Source: Felis catus (lineage: Eukaryota). From it: DNA of 64,000 nucleotides. The position numbers and the translations under genes were made by a program. Positions within the stretch are counted from its first letter, which is position 1. The number at the start of each line of letters is the position of its first letter. Under the pieces are notes generated by a model, which searched no databases, was not told the DNA's origin, and saw only the letters and a list, made by a program, of their open reading frames with translations. Below, piece by piece: positions 34,562 to 46,814 of this stretch. Where the stretch lies: NCBI RefSeq assembly GCF_018350175.1, contig NC_058382.1, forward strand, positions 58,158,001 through 58,222,000, written 5' to 3'.

Positions 34562-34885
34562 TCACGTATATTCATCCTACGAGCATTTGTTGACCACCTG
34601 CCATGTGCCAGGTTCTGTGTGTGTTGGAAGGAGTACGTGACAATAAACTCACCGATTATAGGCGATCTGGTAGTGATACATGCTAATAAGAAAAGTACAG
34701 TCAGGGCAGGGGACAGAGAGCCAGGGGGTTGATGTCGATGGAGTGGCCAAGGGAGGCCTGCGTGGGACTGACTGGGTTTGAGCCTGAAGGAAGGATGCAG
34801 GCAAGCCCTGTGATGTCCAGGGAGTGTGCTCCACGGAGCTAGGGGGGCATGTGCAAAGGTCCTGGGGCAGGCCCTTACCTCAGCA
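34562..34885 (-). mobile_element. L2 3' fragment
   Basis: gagcatttgttgaccacctgccatgtgccagg...gcatgtgcaaaggtcctggggcagg. Confidence 0.7.
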
Positions 34886-34918
34886 TATGCCCAGCAAACC
34901 TGGTTTGAGGTTTTAGAC

Positions 34919-35270
34919 TCTGTTCGTTTCCCCGGGCTGCCGTAACACATTATCCCGAACGGGGTGTCTTAAAGCAACGGAAGTGGATTGTGTCACAGTT
35001 CTGGAGGCCGGAAGTTTGAAATCAAGGGGTTGCAGGGCCGTGTTCCCTCCAAAGCCTCTGGGGGAGGATCCTTCCTTGCCTCTGCCTGCTCCCTGTATCT
35101 GTCGGCACCCTGGGCGTTTCTCGGCCCGCATCACTCCAGTGCTGCTTCTAGAAGTCACACATCTGTCTTCTTCTAGGGACGCCGGGCATGTCGGATGTGG
35201 GGCCCGCCCCGAACTACTCGCACCTGCAAAGGTCCCATTTCCAAATAAGGTCCCGTTCTGAGGTTCTGGC
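34919..35270 (-). mobile_element. MLT1C-like solo LTR
   Basis: tttccccgggctgccgtaaca...tcacagttctggaggccggaagtttgaaatcaagg...atttccaaataaggtcccgttctgagg. Confidence 0.85.
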
Positions 35271-37152
35271 TTCACCCCACTACGGACCAAAGGAGACCCT
35301 CTCCCCTGCTGGTGAGGAAACAGAGCCCAGAGCGAAGCACCTCGCGTGCGTGAGGGCCCAGCCTGGCTCAGCCTGGCACGGAAGCTCGTAGGTCAGGCCA
35401 GCAGCCTTCCTCCGGGCTGTGATCACACAGGACTCTGTCCCGTGCTGTTATTTAGGACGTGGCCATTCTAGTGTTCCTTGGCCCTGTTGTCGGGAGAGAA
35501 GGGGAGGGACAAAGTCCAGGAGGACGTCGTCAAGTGGTTTTGGGAGGTTCCCCCCCCCTCCCCCGCCATGTGTTCCGAGGCCCGAGGAGAGAGCACTGGA
35601 TGTAGAGTCCAGGCCCCTGTCTGGTCCTGGCCTGTTGCTCACAGCCTGAGGGCTCCTGGATGCTTTGCTCTCAGACGGCTGGTAAAAGACGGTCACATCT
35701 CACTGGGTTTTGCGGCTCAAATGAGAACGTGCTTTGAAATCTTTCAACTGCGAAGGAGGCAGCTCAGGCCTAATCAAGGCCTCCCGGAGGCTGTGACCCA
35801 GCGTGGGCCGTCTGTCCCGCTGGGAGGGCTGCTGGTGCCCGGGGACCGGGGGCAGTTCGCCCGATGTCCTACGGTGTCAGAGTCCCCGTTTGTCACGAGG
35901 CATGACAGCACCTGCCTCAGGGCGTCATCGGGGGTCCCAGGGAATCGATCGTTCTGGGGCCAGAGTCGGACCCCCCTGCGGAATGCCTCCAGATGCTTGT
36001 GTCTGGCGGGGAGTGGGGGCACGACCCGGGGCAAGGGTCTCCTGCTTCATTTCCCTGGGGCCCGGGCCCCACGGTGACAGTGACTTGACCCCGCTCCCCG
36101 GAGGTGAAAGGCCCCCACCTTGCAGCCGGCGGTAATTCCCAGAATCATCCTTCTTCCGCCGCCCTCGCCTCTGAGTGCCGTCGTCGGGGATGAGCGGGCC
36201 TGTCGTGGGCCCAGGCCGGGAATTGCTACAACAGGTTTATGCCGCGTGAGCGATGGTGTCTCCACCGCTCACGGTCCGTCACCGGGACCCATAGCGCCAC
36301 GGACGAGGCTTCCCAGAGAGCAGAGCAGTAAATACCGTGGGAAGCTCCCAACCAGAGAGGGCGCTGGCAGGTCCACCCAAGGGCGCCCAGGGGCTCCTGG
36401 GGCTGGAAATGAGTAAAGCAGCAGCCGGGCCGGGAAGCTGCTGGAGCCCAGGCTGAGAGCAGACACGCAACCGGGGACAAATCGGCTTATTTGAGGGGGC
36501 GCTGGGACCACGCTGTCCGTGGCGAAGACCAAGGCCAGAGTGCTGGGAATATTCGGAAACTGTGATTCGGGGTCAGCCTCCCTGGAGGGTGTGCGCGTGG
36601 CTGGCTGCAGGCGGGAGCGGGCAGGAGAGGAGGGGGGGGCTTTGCTGGGAACCATCCCCTGCCTGCTGCCTGTCCCCTCACCCCCCGGCCGGCTGGGGGT
36701 TCAGGAAAGCCTTGGGGGCCGTGTTATCACGCCCCCCTTGTGTCTGCACCCGGGTAGTGCCACGGAAGCTGTCGCTTAGTGTGGGTCCGCGGGCCGCGCC
36801 TGGGGCACTGAGAGTGATCCAGGCAGCGAGCATTGTTCTGGCCTCAGACCCCCTTCCTCCTTGACATTGTTCTGGCCCCAGACCCCTTTCCTCCTTGACC
36901 CGCTGCGGTTTCCGTCGGGGATTCTGGAATCCCGGCACCTGTGTAACCTGAGCCAGAGGCCGCAGCTGTGGGCCTCAGTTTCCCCATCCGTGAAATGGGG
37001 CCGTGGAGCTGTCCAGCAGGGGCACGGATGTTTCTATAAAGGAGATCCTGGGTGTGAATCCCTGGGCCCACTGCCTGGCACAGGGTCAGCGTTCCCTAGA
37101 AAGCATTTCTGCTGGGGTTTTAAAGTCAATACTTATCTTTTTTTAATTACAG

Positions 37153-37357
37153 TTTTTAAAACATTTATTCATTTTTGAGAGGCAGAGCACAAGCAGGGGA
37201 GGGGCAGAGAGAGAGAGGGAGACGCAGAACCCGAAGCAGGCTCCGGGCTCCGAGCTGTCGGCACAGGGCCCGACGTGGGGCCTGAACTCACGAATCGAGA
37301 GATCGTGACCCGAGCCGAAGTCGGACGCTCCACTGACCGAGCCCCCCCGGGGGCCCC
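37153..37357 (-). mobile_element. Can-SINE
   Basis: tttattcatttttgagagg...gagatcgtgacccgagccgaagtcggacgctc. Confidence 0.9.
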
Positions 37358-37519
37358 AACTCCTCTGCTTCTTAACCTACATCTCCGTCATGGCTACGCG
37401 GGCCCAATCTCCAGATGAGATCCGCGTCACGGATCCCAGGGGTTGGCGCGTGCCCACAGCTGGCTGGCACTTTGCTCAGGTCACAGGATGGGGGGCCCCG
37501 GGACGCGTGCTGTTGGCTG

Positions 37520-37690
37520 TGGAGTGCTTGCCTGTGCTGGCACAGTCTCGGCACCCGGCATGGCAACGGTTCAGTCTCTGTGACCTCCCCGTGAGGGCAG
37601 TGCCCTGGCCCTCCCTGTTTGCAGATGGGGAAACTGAGGCCCAGGGAGCTGCTCTGGCTTTTTCCTTGAGGTCCCACAGCTGGGAGGCGG
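37520..37690 (-). mobile_element. MIR
   Basis: gtttgcagatggggaaactgaggcccagggag...gaggtcccacagct. Confidence 0.65.
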
Positions 37691-37969
37691 GGGGGGGGGG
37701 GGGAGGGCAGGTGACCCGCGCTCTGGGACTCGTGCCCCCGCCCACGGTGTCTCCTGCTCAGGAGTGCCACACGTCACCAGGCTGGGTGGGATCCAGGTCC
37801 AGAACCCAGGAGACAAAAGGCAGAGGCTGTACCAGCTGACGAAGAGCACAGGGCCGTGTAGGTTGGCGGGGGAGGAAGGTCCTGGTGCCCAGCCACCCAC
37901 TGGCGGCCTGGCCGTCCTCCCTTCTGTAGTACAGACCTGCCGGTTATGATCTGCGTCTCCTCGTCCCCA

Positions 37970-38065
37970 AACACACACACACATACACACACACACAGAG
38001 GTTATATACGTGTTGTGTATACATTATATGTACGTGCGTCACACACACGTTATGTATACGCATGT
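37970..38065. repeat. (CA)n/(TA/TG) compound microsatellite
   Basis: acacacacacacatacacacacacac...tatatacgtgttgtgtatac. Confidence 0.85.
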
Positions 38066-38899
38066 GGGCGTGGCCCTGAGGGGCAGGAGTGTGGATTTGC
38101 CGGGTTTCCAGACTCCATTCGCTGGTCGCACCTCCGAAAGCTCTTCCCCCTTATGGGGACGGTCCGGTCGCCCGGCCGCAGAGGGGGGCCCGCCTGGCTG
38201 CGCCCAGTGCCCCGTGGGGAGCTTCTCCACGCGACCTTGTGCGCCACAAGAGGCCCTTTGTCCTTCATCCTGGCGGTTCCTGCTGACAGCAGCGAGGCGG
38301 TCCGGGCATAGCAGCCGGAGCCACGCGGTGTGACAGTGGGGGCGGCCGGGTCCCCTGCAGGGTCTGGCCCTCTCCAGCTTGGGGCAGCTGAGGAGAGGGA
38401 CGCCGCCGCGCAGCCGGCCGGGGATGCGGGAGGGCCGCAGCTGTGCCCCGTTTCGGTTCCAGCCGAGCGAACGGCTGTCCGGCCCAGCCACCTGCCCCGG
38501 GCGGCCAGCGCGCGCACCTTGCGTGGGTGGAGGGGCTGGGGCGTCAGCCCCTCCCGGGCAGGCGGCAGGCATCCCCAGCGTCAGTAACCGGAAGCTTGGT
38601 GTCCGTGGGGCGGTGAGCGGGTCTGGGGGAGCTCACCAGTGACAATGCCCTTGGCGGCGAGGGGGCTTCTCTAGAAGGAGTTGAGGCCTGATGGGATAGC
38701 AGGGGTGGGCACTGCAGGATTTTGAGCGGGAAGGGAGCCCCCTTCCCAGGCACCGTGTGCCATTGGGGCTGGGATTCCTCAGGGGTGGGCCTGGGCGGGC
38801 GAGGTGGGCACAGCGAAGGAGGCGTGAACCAGGGGCAGGAGAAGTCACGCTGGCACCACTGAGAGAATGCCAGCCGCCGTCACGGAGCGGGGGTCACGT

Positions 38900-39010
38900 G
38901 GGTGGGAAAATAACGTTTTCAGTGCTGTTTCGTGTGAATGTATTTAATACCACCGACCTGCGCGCTTAGACCTGGTTAAGGGGGTAAGGTTTGTGTGCCG
39001 TGATTAAAAG
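38900..39010 (+). mobile_element. L1MB-like extreme 3' end fragment
   Basis: gtgaatgtatttaataccaccgacctgcgcgcttagacctggttaagggggtaaggtttgtg. Confidence 0.6.
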
Positions 39011-39022
39011 TTATTTTTCTTC

Positions 39023-39242
39023 GGGGACGCCTGGGTGGCTCAGTCGGTTAAGCGGCCGACTTTGTCCAGGTCATGATCTCACGGTCCGCGAGTTCGAGCC
39101 CCGCGTCAGGCTCTGTGCTGACGGCTCGGAGCCTGGAGCCTGTTTCCGATTCTGTGTCTCCCTCTCTCTCTGCCCCTCCTCCGTTCATGCTCTGTCTCTC
39201 TCTGTCCCAAAAATAAATAAACATTAAAAAAATGAAAAAAAA
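39023..39242 (+). mobile_element. Can-SINE (SINEC_Fc-type)
   Basis: ggggacgcctgggtggctcagtcggttaagcgg head and aaaaataaataaacattaaaaaaa tail. Confidence 0.95.
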
Positions 39243-39262
39243 TTGTTTTCTTTGAAAAAAAA

Positions 39263-39432
39263 TTTTTAGCGTTTATTCGTTTTTGAGAGAGAGGGAGACA
39301 CAGAACCCGAAGCAGGCTGTGTGCCATCAGCGCAAAGCCCAACATGGGATTCGAACCCACAAACCGTGAGACCATGACCCAAGCCCAGGCTCGAACCCGT
39401 CGGCTCACCCGACGGAGCCGCCCAGGCGCCCC
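39263..39432 (-). mobile_element. Can-SINE (older), tail-to-tail with the previous SINE
   Basis: tttattcgtttttgagagagagggagacacagaacccgaagcagg...gagccgcccaggcgcccc. Confidence 0.9.
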
Positions 39433-40273
39433 TGAAAATAACTGTTTTAATTCCACATGCACTTGAGGTCACCTGCGAGCGCCACTTTTACCCGCTAAGC
39501 CCGCCCCGAACGTAACAAAACAACCACAGTCGTGGTGAAATGCACAGAAGCCACAGCCTGGCCCTGAGACCCACGGAGACGCTCCTTCCCTCAGATGCCA
39601 GAAGCGCCACGTAGGGGTTTAGGCCAAGGAAGCAGGTTCTGACACCGGTAGCGGTGGAGACGTGTGCGGCTGCAGTGGAAAACTGGCACCACCCTGAGCA
39701 GCCCCGCACGGGCACCGGCCTTAGCGTGCTCGCGACGTAGGGCGTCCCCGCGGTGGTCGTCCCCGGGACCGCGGGCGTCCGGAAAACAGCGGGCTGCCGG
39801 GTGCCCAGAGGCCTCCCTCAGCCCGGAGAAAGGTTTGTTCTCTTTTCCTCCTCCGTCCTTCCGGGGAAGGGAGAAAACAAACGTGAATGTGTTTTGCAGT
39901 TCACGCGGGCTCCCTGAAAACCTCCAGAGAAGTGATAAACAGATCTCTGCATCCTGGTGCTGGCTAATTTGTTTTCAATAGGTTTCAATCAATTACGTGG
40001 GGGTCCTCGGAAGGGGAAGTGAACCAGTAATTGGCTAAAATAAATCACTCAGCGCTTCAAAAGCAGCTCTCCACTGAGATGGGAGCTCAGCCCAGCCTTC
40101 GATTAATAAACAGGCACGCTTGTCCCCCACCCCCTGGGTCCCCGGGCTCCATGGGAACCGCGCAGCGAGGGTCCGGGAGGAGGGGTGCGGCGTGGCAGAG
40201 GTCGCCCGAGTCTGGTGTTGCCACCGTGTCGGCCAGCTGCACTGCTCTGCCTGGCTCCCCTGTGGCCCCGCGG

Positions 40274-40825
40274 GAGGGTTCGTGGGGCTGTGTCAGCAAG
40301 TACCACGACCGGGGGCTTCGGCAGCCGAACTGTTCTCCCACATTCCGCAGGCGGACAGAAGCCTGGGCTCCAGGTGTGGGCAGGGCCGTGCTCCCTCCAA
40401 AGGCTCCAGGGAGGACCCTCGCTGTCGCTCCCAGCTTCTGGTGGTGGCCGTCCTGGGTGTCCCTTGGCTTGTGGCCCCATCCCCGCAGTGTCTCCTTCCG
40501 CCTGCACACGGCCTCTGCCTGTGCACAGCGACAGAGTGCTGTTTCGGGAAGGTTCCACCCTGCCTTCGCGTGACCCCGTCTGGGCCTCTATGCTGATCAC
40601 ATCTGCGAAGGCCCTGTGTCCAAATAGGGCCACGTTCAGAGGTACCGGAAGCCAGCGTTTCGGGGCGCCTGGATGGCTCAGTTGGGTTTGGTTAAGTGTC
40701 TGACTTCGGCTCAGGCGGCCCAGCCATGATCTCACGGTTCGTGAGCTGGAGCCCTGCGTCGGGCTCTCTGCCGTCAGCATGGAACCCGCTTTGGAAACTG
40801 TCTGCCCTTCTCTGCACGCACACGG

Positions 40826-40884
<59 letters not shown>

Positions 40885-40965
40885 GATAAATAAACACTTA
40901 AAGAAAGAATACGAGAAAACAGGGTTTTCACATATCTCGGGGTGGGGGACACAGTTCAGCCCACC
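40274..40965 (-). mobile_element. MLT1C-like LTR interrupted by a Can-SINE
   Basis: ggggctgtgtcagcaagtaccac...cacatctgcgaaggccctgtgtccaaatagggccacgttcagaggtacc [SINE] agggttttcacatatctc...ggggacacagttcagccca. Confidence 0.75.
40662..40908 (+). mobile_element. Can-SINE with expanded (CT)n microsatellite (~40830-40881)
   Basis: ggggcgcctggatggctcag head; long CT repeat; ataaataaacac tail. Confidence 0.9.
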
Positions 40966-41729
40966 CCCCCCTTTCGGGCGAGGGCCTCGGAGGGCGGGCT
41001 GCCCGCTGGCGGATGCCGTCCTCCCTGCCTGTGGGTTTGGAATGGGAATCCTTCCCCCAGGTGGTGCTCCAGGAGCACGGTGGCCCCGCCTGCTGCCCTC
41101 CTTCTCTGGCGTTTGGAGGTGACGTCCCCTCCGGATGAGTAACTATTTCTGAGTCCCCGTCGGGCCCGGACAGAGCTCTCCTCTAGCCCCTGTGGAGCCT
41201 GGTGGAGGGAGGGAGGGGATGGTGGGGGGAGCACAGCCCCGCCTCAGCCTTCGTGAAAATCATCCGTGAGCCACCAGCATGCGTCAGGCTCATCATGGGA
41301 GGCCCAGCGGGGGAGCTGGGTGCCACGGGGAATTCTCTGGCAGGAGTATGGGGGGTGCTCAGTGGGGGACAGCGGGAAGGGGTGGTGTACCCTGCAGGCG
41401 CTGAGCTTGAGGGAAGGCCGCCCACAGCGGGGTAAACTGAGACCCACCCCCTCCTCCCCAGTACCGAGCACGAGGCCCGGCCAGAGGGACAGGTCAGCGT
41501 GTGGTGGCCCGAGGGCCGAGGTTCCAAAGAGCCCCTGAAGCCTCGTGCCCTTTGTGACGAGAACCTGGACACGTGGATCTTCAGCTTTGACCCTGACCCT
41601 TCCTGACGTCCGGGGGGGGCGGGGCAAGCTGGAGCGTCACGGGGTCTGTCCTGCACGTGCCTTCCTGAGCCCCTCACGTGTTTCGGCAACTCTGCTCCTA
41701 TGACCTGCACACCACACCCCCCGCCGCCC

Positions 41730-41860
41730 CGCTCCACCGTGTGAGAGGAAGTAGGGCTGCCCCATTTTACAGATGAGGAAAACTGAGGCTTGGCTGAGTC
41801 ACGGCGCTTGACATCCAGGCAGAGCGCGGCCTGACCTGAGAGTCCCTGCCGTTCACGGTT
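41730..41860 (-). mobile_element. MIR
   Basis: cccattttacagatgaggaaaactgaggc. Confidence 0.7.
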
Positions 41861-42699
41861 GTGCCCGGGGAAGCAGAGATTCCGAGGGGACCTGCCTTCC
41901 TCACGGTTGGCCAGAGCCCAGGTCTCAGGGTTGTGGTCCCGGTTCTCGGCTTGTCTTCTGTCCTGAGTCCTCAGTCCTCGAGGCCGTGTACGTGCCCCAA
42001 ACGCTAAAGACGGCAAAGGAGCGCCGAGCGGTCCCAGGCGAGCCTGCTCCTGACCCACGGACCAGATCAAGCACCTGGGGTCGAGGTCCAGAGGCATGAG
42101 CCGGGCAGGTAGAATGGGAGGGGCTGTATCTAGCCTGGCCTGTTGGGGGGCCCTCCTTGAGGCTCGGACAAGATGAGCATTGAACAGAGACAGGCAGTGG
42201 CCCTGGGGGACTGGGACCAGGAAGTGGGGCGTTCATTCTGAGACAGGCCAGAACATACAGCAGACTGTGGTCTCGGATGGTGTCAGGGATCGGCAGAGGG
42301 AAGACGTGGGATGCAGGGATGGGGTGACAGGGATGAGATCAGGGAAAGTGTCTCCCCGCCCCCACCGAGGAGGAGACTGAGCTGGCGCCTGAACAGAGAG
42401 GGGGAGGAAACCACGTTGGCATCTGGGGGAGGTGGTCGCGTGGCATGCGCAAAGGCCCTGTGGTCTGAGCGGGTCTGCTGCAGAACAGCGCGGCCTGGAT
42501 ACCACCGAGCGAGTGGGGGCCAGGATTCTCTCTTCTGGGTGGCTTTCTCTGGCATGCAGGGATCGCTGGTCTTTGTCACCGCACCGCCTGCCGGCATGAC
42601 AAGGAGGGTGGGAGGGAAGCGGCCTGCAGCTGAGAAGGGCAAGGGCAGGTGCGGTCCCTCCCGACTCGCCTCCCCGCCCTGCGCCCGGCTCGCTCCTTC

Positions 42700-43270
42700 T
42701 CCTGCTCACAAATCATGGCTGCCTAATGAAGTACCATGTGCCTCGAAGGCACTCCAGGGTCCCTCGCTCTGAGCCGGGTCAGAGCCCCCGCGAAATTACA
42801 GCTGTAAGACACGGGAAGGGGGAGCGGGGCCTCTCACCCCGCCTGTAATTACGGCCCACGGAGTGCTGATTGCCACAGTCCAATTAATTAAACACGGCAG
42901 CGGCCCAAATTATGATCCCTCGCCTCTTACCGAGCAGTATTTTTAACCTTAACTGTCACGGCCGAGCTTAAATTTCCTATCTGGACAGAAGTGTCACCTG
43001 TGGGAGAAGGAGTGGTGTTGAACTGCACATCGCCGGTGACAGACCCTGTAATTAGAAACTGTAGTGTCCCCGAGACTGGTCTTTAAAACTGTCAGAAGCC
43101 AAAGGGCCGTCATTTGCTACAAGACTGTCATTACCCGCGAACCTATTAGCTGCAGGTAAATAACATATTATGCTGGGGACAGAAAGCAGGCAGGTTGGAG
43201 AATTCACTGGTGCTTAATTAGGACCCGCGGCGCAAAAGGCGGTCACCTTCTCCCTTCCTTCATTAGCAGG
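42700..43270. promoter_or_regulatory. Candidate conserved developmental enhancer (TALE + homeodomain motif cluster)
   Basis: Repeat-free AT-richer block with four TGACAG/CTGTCA and four TAATTA sites. Confidence 0.55.
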
Positions 43271-43990
43271 GAGGGTCTGGTGTGGCAGTGGTCGCAGGAG
43301 GGAGCCCGGATGCTGACCCTGCAGAAAAGGCCGGCTCCCTCATCCACCGCGCCCCTCCGCCCTCGTCGGCCGCCCATCCACCCCGTCCACGCCGCGGCCG
43401 ATGCTGATCCTGACGCGGGGGCAGGTCCAGGGAGACCCGACGTGTGTGCGCGTCCCTGGGCGGAAGGGAGGGTGGGAGGAGCAGACGCCTGGTTTGACAG
43501 AAGGCATCTCGTGGGAGGGGGGGCCTGGATGCTCCCTGGGGGCCGCCCTCAAAGCCCGGGCTCTGGATGGGGGAGGGCGGAGGGGCGAGGGTGGCCGTCT
43601 ACAGTTTGTAAAAGCCTGTCCTGCCCAAGTGCGCCCAAGCTTCCCGATGACCCTCCCACCACCCCCCCCCCCCCGCCCCGGTACTCATAATGGGGACGCC
43701 CCGTCAGAACAGGGCTTCTGGGGCCCTGGAGGCCGGCTCCCCGCCGGGTGGGGTGAAGACCAGCCTGGACCACAGAGGATTCCGACCACCGGCCCGACGT
43801 GCGTCCAGAGAACGTACGGGGAGCTTAGGAAGCCTGCGAGGTCTGGGGGTCTGGGCTCAGGGTGGGTGTCAAGTACTGGGTGAGGCTGTTTAGACAGACA
43901 TGGGATAAATGGATCTGCTTGGAGGCCTCAGTCTGTGGGAACAGAAAGCCTGACGCAAACCAGCTAAACAATCAGGGATTTTTAAAAAAG

Positions 43991-44224
43991 TTTTTTTTTT
44001 TTTTTTTAAGTATTTTTTTTTCAACGTTTATTTATTTTTGGGACAGAGAGAGACAGAGCATGAACGGGGGAGGGGCAGAGAGAGAGGGAGACACAGAATC
44101 GGAAACAGGCTCCAGGCTCCGAGCCATCAGCCCAGAGCCTGACGCGGGACTCGAACTCCCGGACCGCGAGATCGTGACCTGGCTGAAGTCGGACGCTTAA
44201 CCGACTGCGCCACCCAGGCGCCCC
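43991..44224 (-). mobile_element. Young SINEC_Fc-type SINE inserted in the tail of an older SINE
   Basis: Perfect 15-bp TSD aaaaagttttttttt at 43985-43999 and 44225-44239. Confidence 0.95.
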
Positions 44225-44230
44225 AAAAAG

Positions 44231-44438
44231 TTTTTTTTTAATCTCTATTTATTTTTGAGAGAGAGACAGCATGTGAGCAGGGGAGGGGCAGAGAGAGAAG
44301 GAGACGCAGAATCCGAAGCAGGGTCCAGGCTCCGAGCCGTCGGCACAGAGCCCGATGCGGGGCTCGAACTCACGAACCGTGAGATCATGACCTGAGCCGA
44401 AGTCGGGTGCTCAACCGACTGAGCCACTCAGGCGCCCC
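44231..44438 (-). mobile_element. Can-SINE (older host)
   Basis: TSD aacaatcagggattt (43967-43981) / aacaattagggattt (44439-44453), one mismatch. Confidence 0.95.
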
Positions 44439-46814
44439 AACAATTAGGGATTTCAGTGTCCCCAAAGAGGGGGTACAGAGGTAGGTCAGGCCTGACTGAG
44501 GCCTGGCTCTGCCCCCTGTGGACGAAGTCCTTGGGCTGGGTTGTTAGATAAATGAGTTTAGGAAGTTGAAGTTCTGGACGGAAGTGACAGCTCTTGAATC
44601 CCTGGGTAGGGAGTCCCTCTGTACCCAGCCCTCGCGCACCCCACGCCCTCGCCCACGTGCCTGGCTGCACACGCACACCCCCCACACCCGCTCATACATG
44701 CACCCACCTACCGTTCCGGGTTGGACCGTGGTGTTTTGAAGAGTTTGCACCTTCCTCTGCCCTTGTGTCTGTGGGGGGACAGACTCAGTGGGCCGCTGCC
44801 CCTGGAGGTCAGGTCTGAGCTGAGCATGGTGAGCCGCGTGTGACCCCACGAGAGGTCCCCGGGGAGGATAGCGGTGCCGTCGGGCGGGGGTGTTGCGGAG
44901 CCGGGGTGATGTGGGTGCATGGAGCACGGGCGTCTGCGGCCTGGGTGACCCAAGGCCGTGTCCAGCCCAAACTCCCACGAGTCTCAGAACCCCGCTGTGT
45001 CTCCTCCTGCCCCGAGGCCACCGTACTTAACCACATCCGTCGCATCAAATGCACCCGAGGCCCGTGCGTGCCCAGGACTCTACCCGGGGGCCCCGTCCTC
45101 ACCGTGCGCCCTCCTGCGATGAAAGCGGCCTGCAGGTTCGAGCCCTGGCTGGAGGCCAGTGAGTCAAGGGCACAGTTTTGCAGTCAGCCGAACAACTTCA
45201 ACGTTGCTCTGGCATCTACTGCGGCCGCGGCGTCCATCGGTGGCCGTAAAACAGGCCCGTGACCTCTTCCTTGCAGAGGTCGAACAAGGTGACGTGTGAG
45301 AAACACTGGTTCCGGGTCCTGCACACAGACACACGTAACACGTTATCCTGGACAGTGTCGCCAGAAGCTTCCAGAAACTCTGCCTTCCGAGGATCAGAGA
45401 GCAGAAGACCGAAGGGTCTCCAGGTCATTGTGCAAGCTTGGATCCCCTCTTGTGTGCCAGGCTCCGAGAGGGGCTCAGTGATGAGCCAGGAGCGACCCGC
45501 TTCCGGCCGTCCCGCAGCAGGACGTCCCGCGGCCGCCCCATCCAGCAGCATTTGCTGCCCGGCTGGGAGAATGTTCCGGCTGTCCAGCTCGGTCACCGCC
45601 AACCACTTGTGGCACTCGAGCCCTTGAAACGCAGCCAGGGAGACCCAGGAACTGAACGTTTCATTTCATCCCATTCTAAGGTTTCAACGTCGAGGGCCGC
45701 ATGTGGCTGCCTCCTGGGACACAGTTCCGTGGGGACGCTGGGGAAGAAGCAGGCCCTTCTGTGCCGGGAGGGAGGGAAGCCTTTGCAGACGACAGGGACA
45801 GGTCCGAGCTCAGCCCCAGCGATGACGAGGAGGTGGGACCCACCAGAGAAGGGAGGGAAGGAGGGAGGGAGGGTTGTTCCAGGAAGAGGGACAGAAGGAG
45901 CCAAGTAAGGGGCCTGGCCGGGCACTGCATCCTGAGGGGTCGTGCGCTGGCTTCTCGGCGGAGGCCGTCCACGTCTATGCGGTTCTGAGCCCGGGGGGGG
46001 GGGGGGGGGAGAGGGGGGGGAGGGGGCGGGGGCCCGTGGTTAGCAGCCCCGTGCCCGGAACCGGGCTAAGCCTTCAGCCGTGTGCCCCCTGTTGGTGCGT
46101 GCGGGCGTCCGTTCGCTCATGCGTGCGCACATCCCACAGCTCTTCTGAGAGTCCCTGGCACTTGCTGGGAGAGGCAGCCACGCTCACGGTCTGCTCTCCT
46201 GAGCCTCGTGGCTCCGTGAGGGGACAGAGCCATGGAAGCCTGCCGTCCCCGGGCCCCCAGGTTTGCCGAGCCGACGCCCCCTTTCCTCCGGAGTCACGCG
46301 GTCCCCCACCCTGGGAAGCCACAGCCCCGCGGGCCTGCCAGCCCACGGTGCCCCTCGTCCTTCCCTCCTCTCCGGGGTGCACAGGGGGGTGCGCTTTCTC
46401 GAGCGCGTGTCGTGGTGACATCTGGTCGGCCTGGCTGGCTGGCTGGCTGGGGAGATCCATCAGCCGGCCTCCTCGGTGCTCGCCAGCCCGACCCACGTTT
46501 TAATTTGCCAGTCTGTGGGTTTCCTGTACGTGTATTCATCTATATTTGTGTCAGGCGAGATTGCTTTTGTCTTTCTCCGCCTGCTAATAAATCCCTCTGT
46601 CGATCTGTGGCCTCAGCAGTCAGCTTAGTGGGTATCCGGTTTGGAGATTGAGTTGGGGGCTGTGGTGACTCAGAGAGACGACCATCCCCGTGCAGCCGAA
46701 GCCGGGCCTCTCTTTCCCCACCCGCACCTGATGGCTGCGTCTGGGGGCTGGGGCGGGGAGGGGCGTGCGCTGGGCTGGCCGGCCTTCCCCGCCGGACTTG
46801 GGGGGCTCCCGCTC

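Noticed and set aside
45789..45832. Possible micro-exon encoding acidic DDRDRSELSPSDDEE between tttgcag and gtggga
   Set aside because: Poor polypyrimidine tract, weak donor, 44-nt frame-shifting length and adjacent GA-rich low-complexity sequence.
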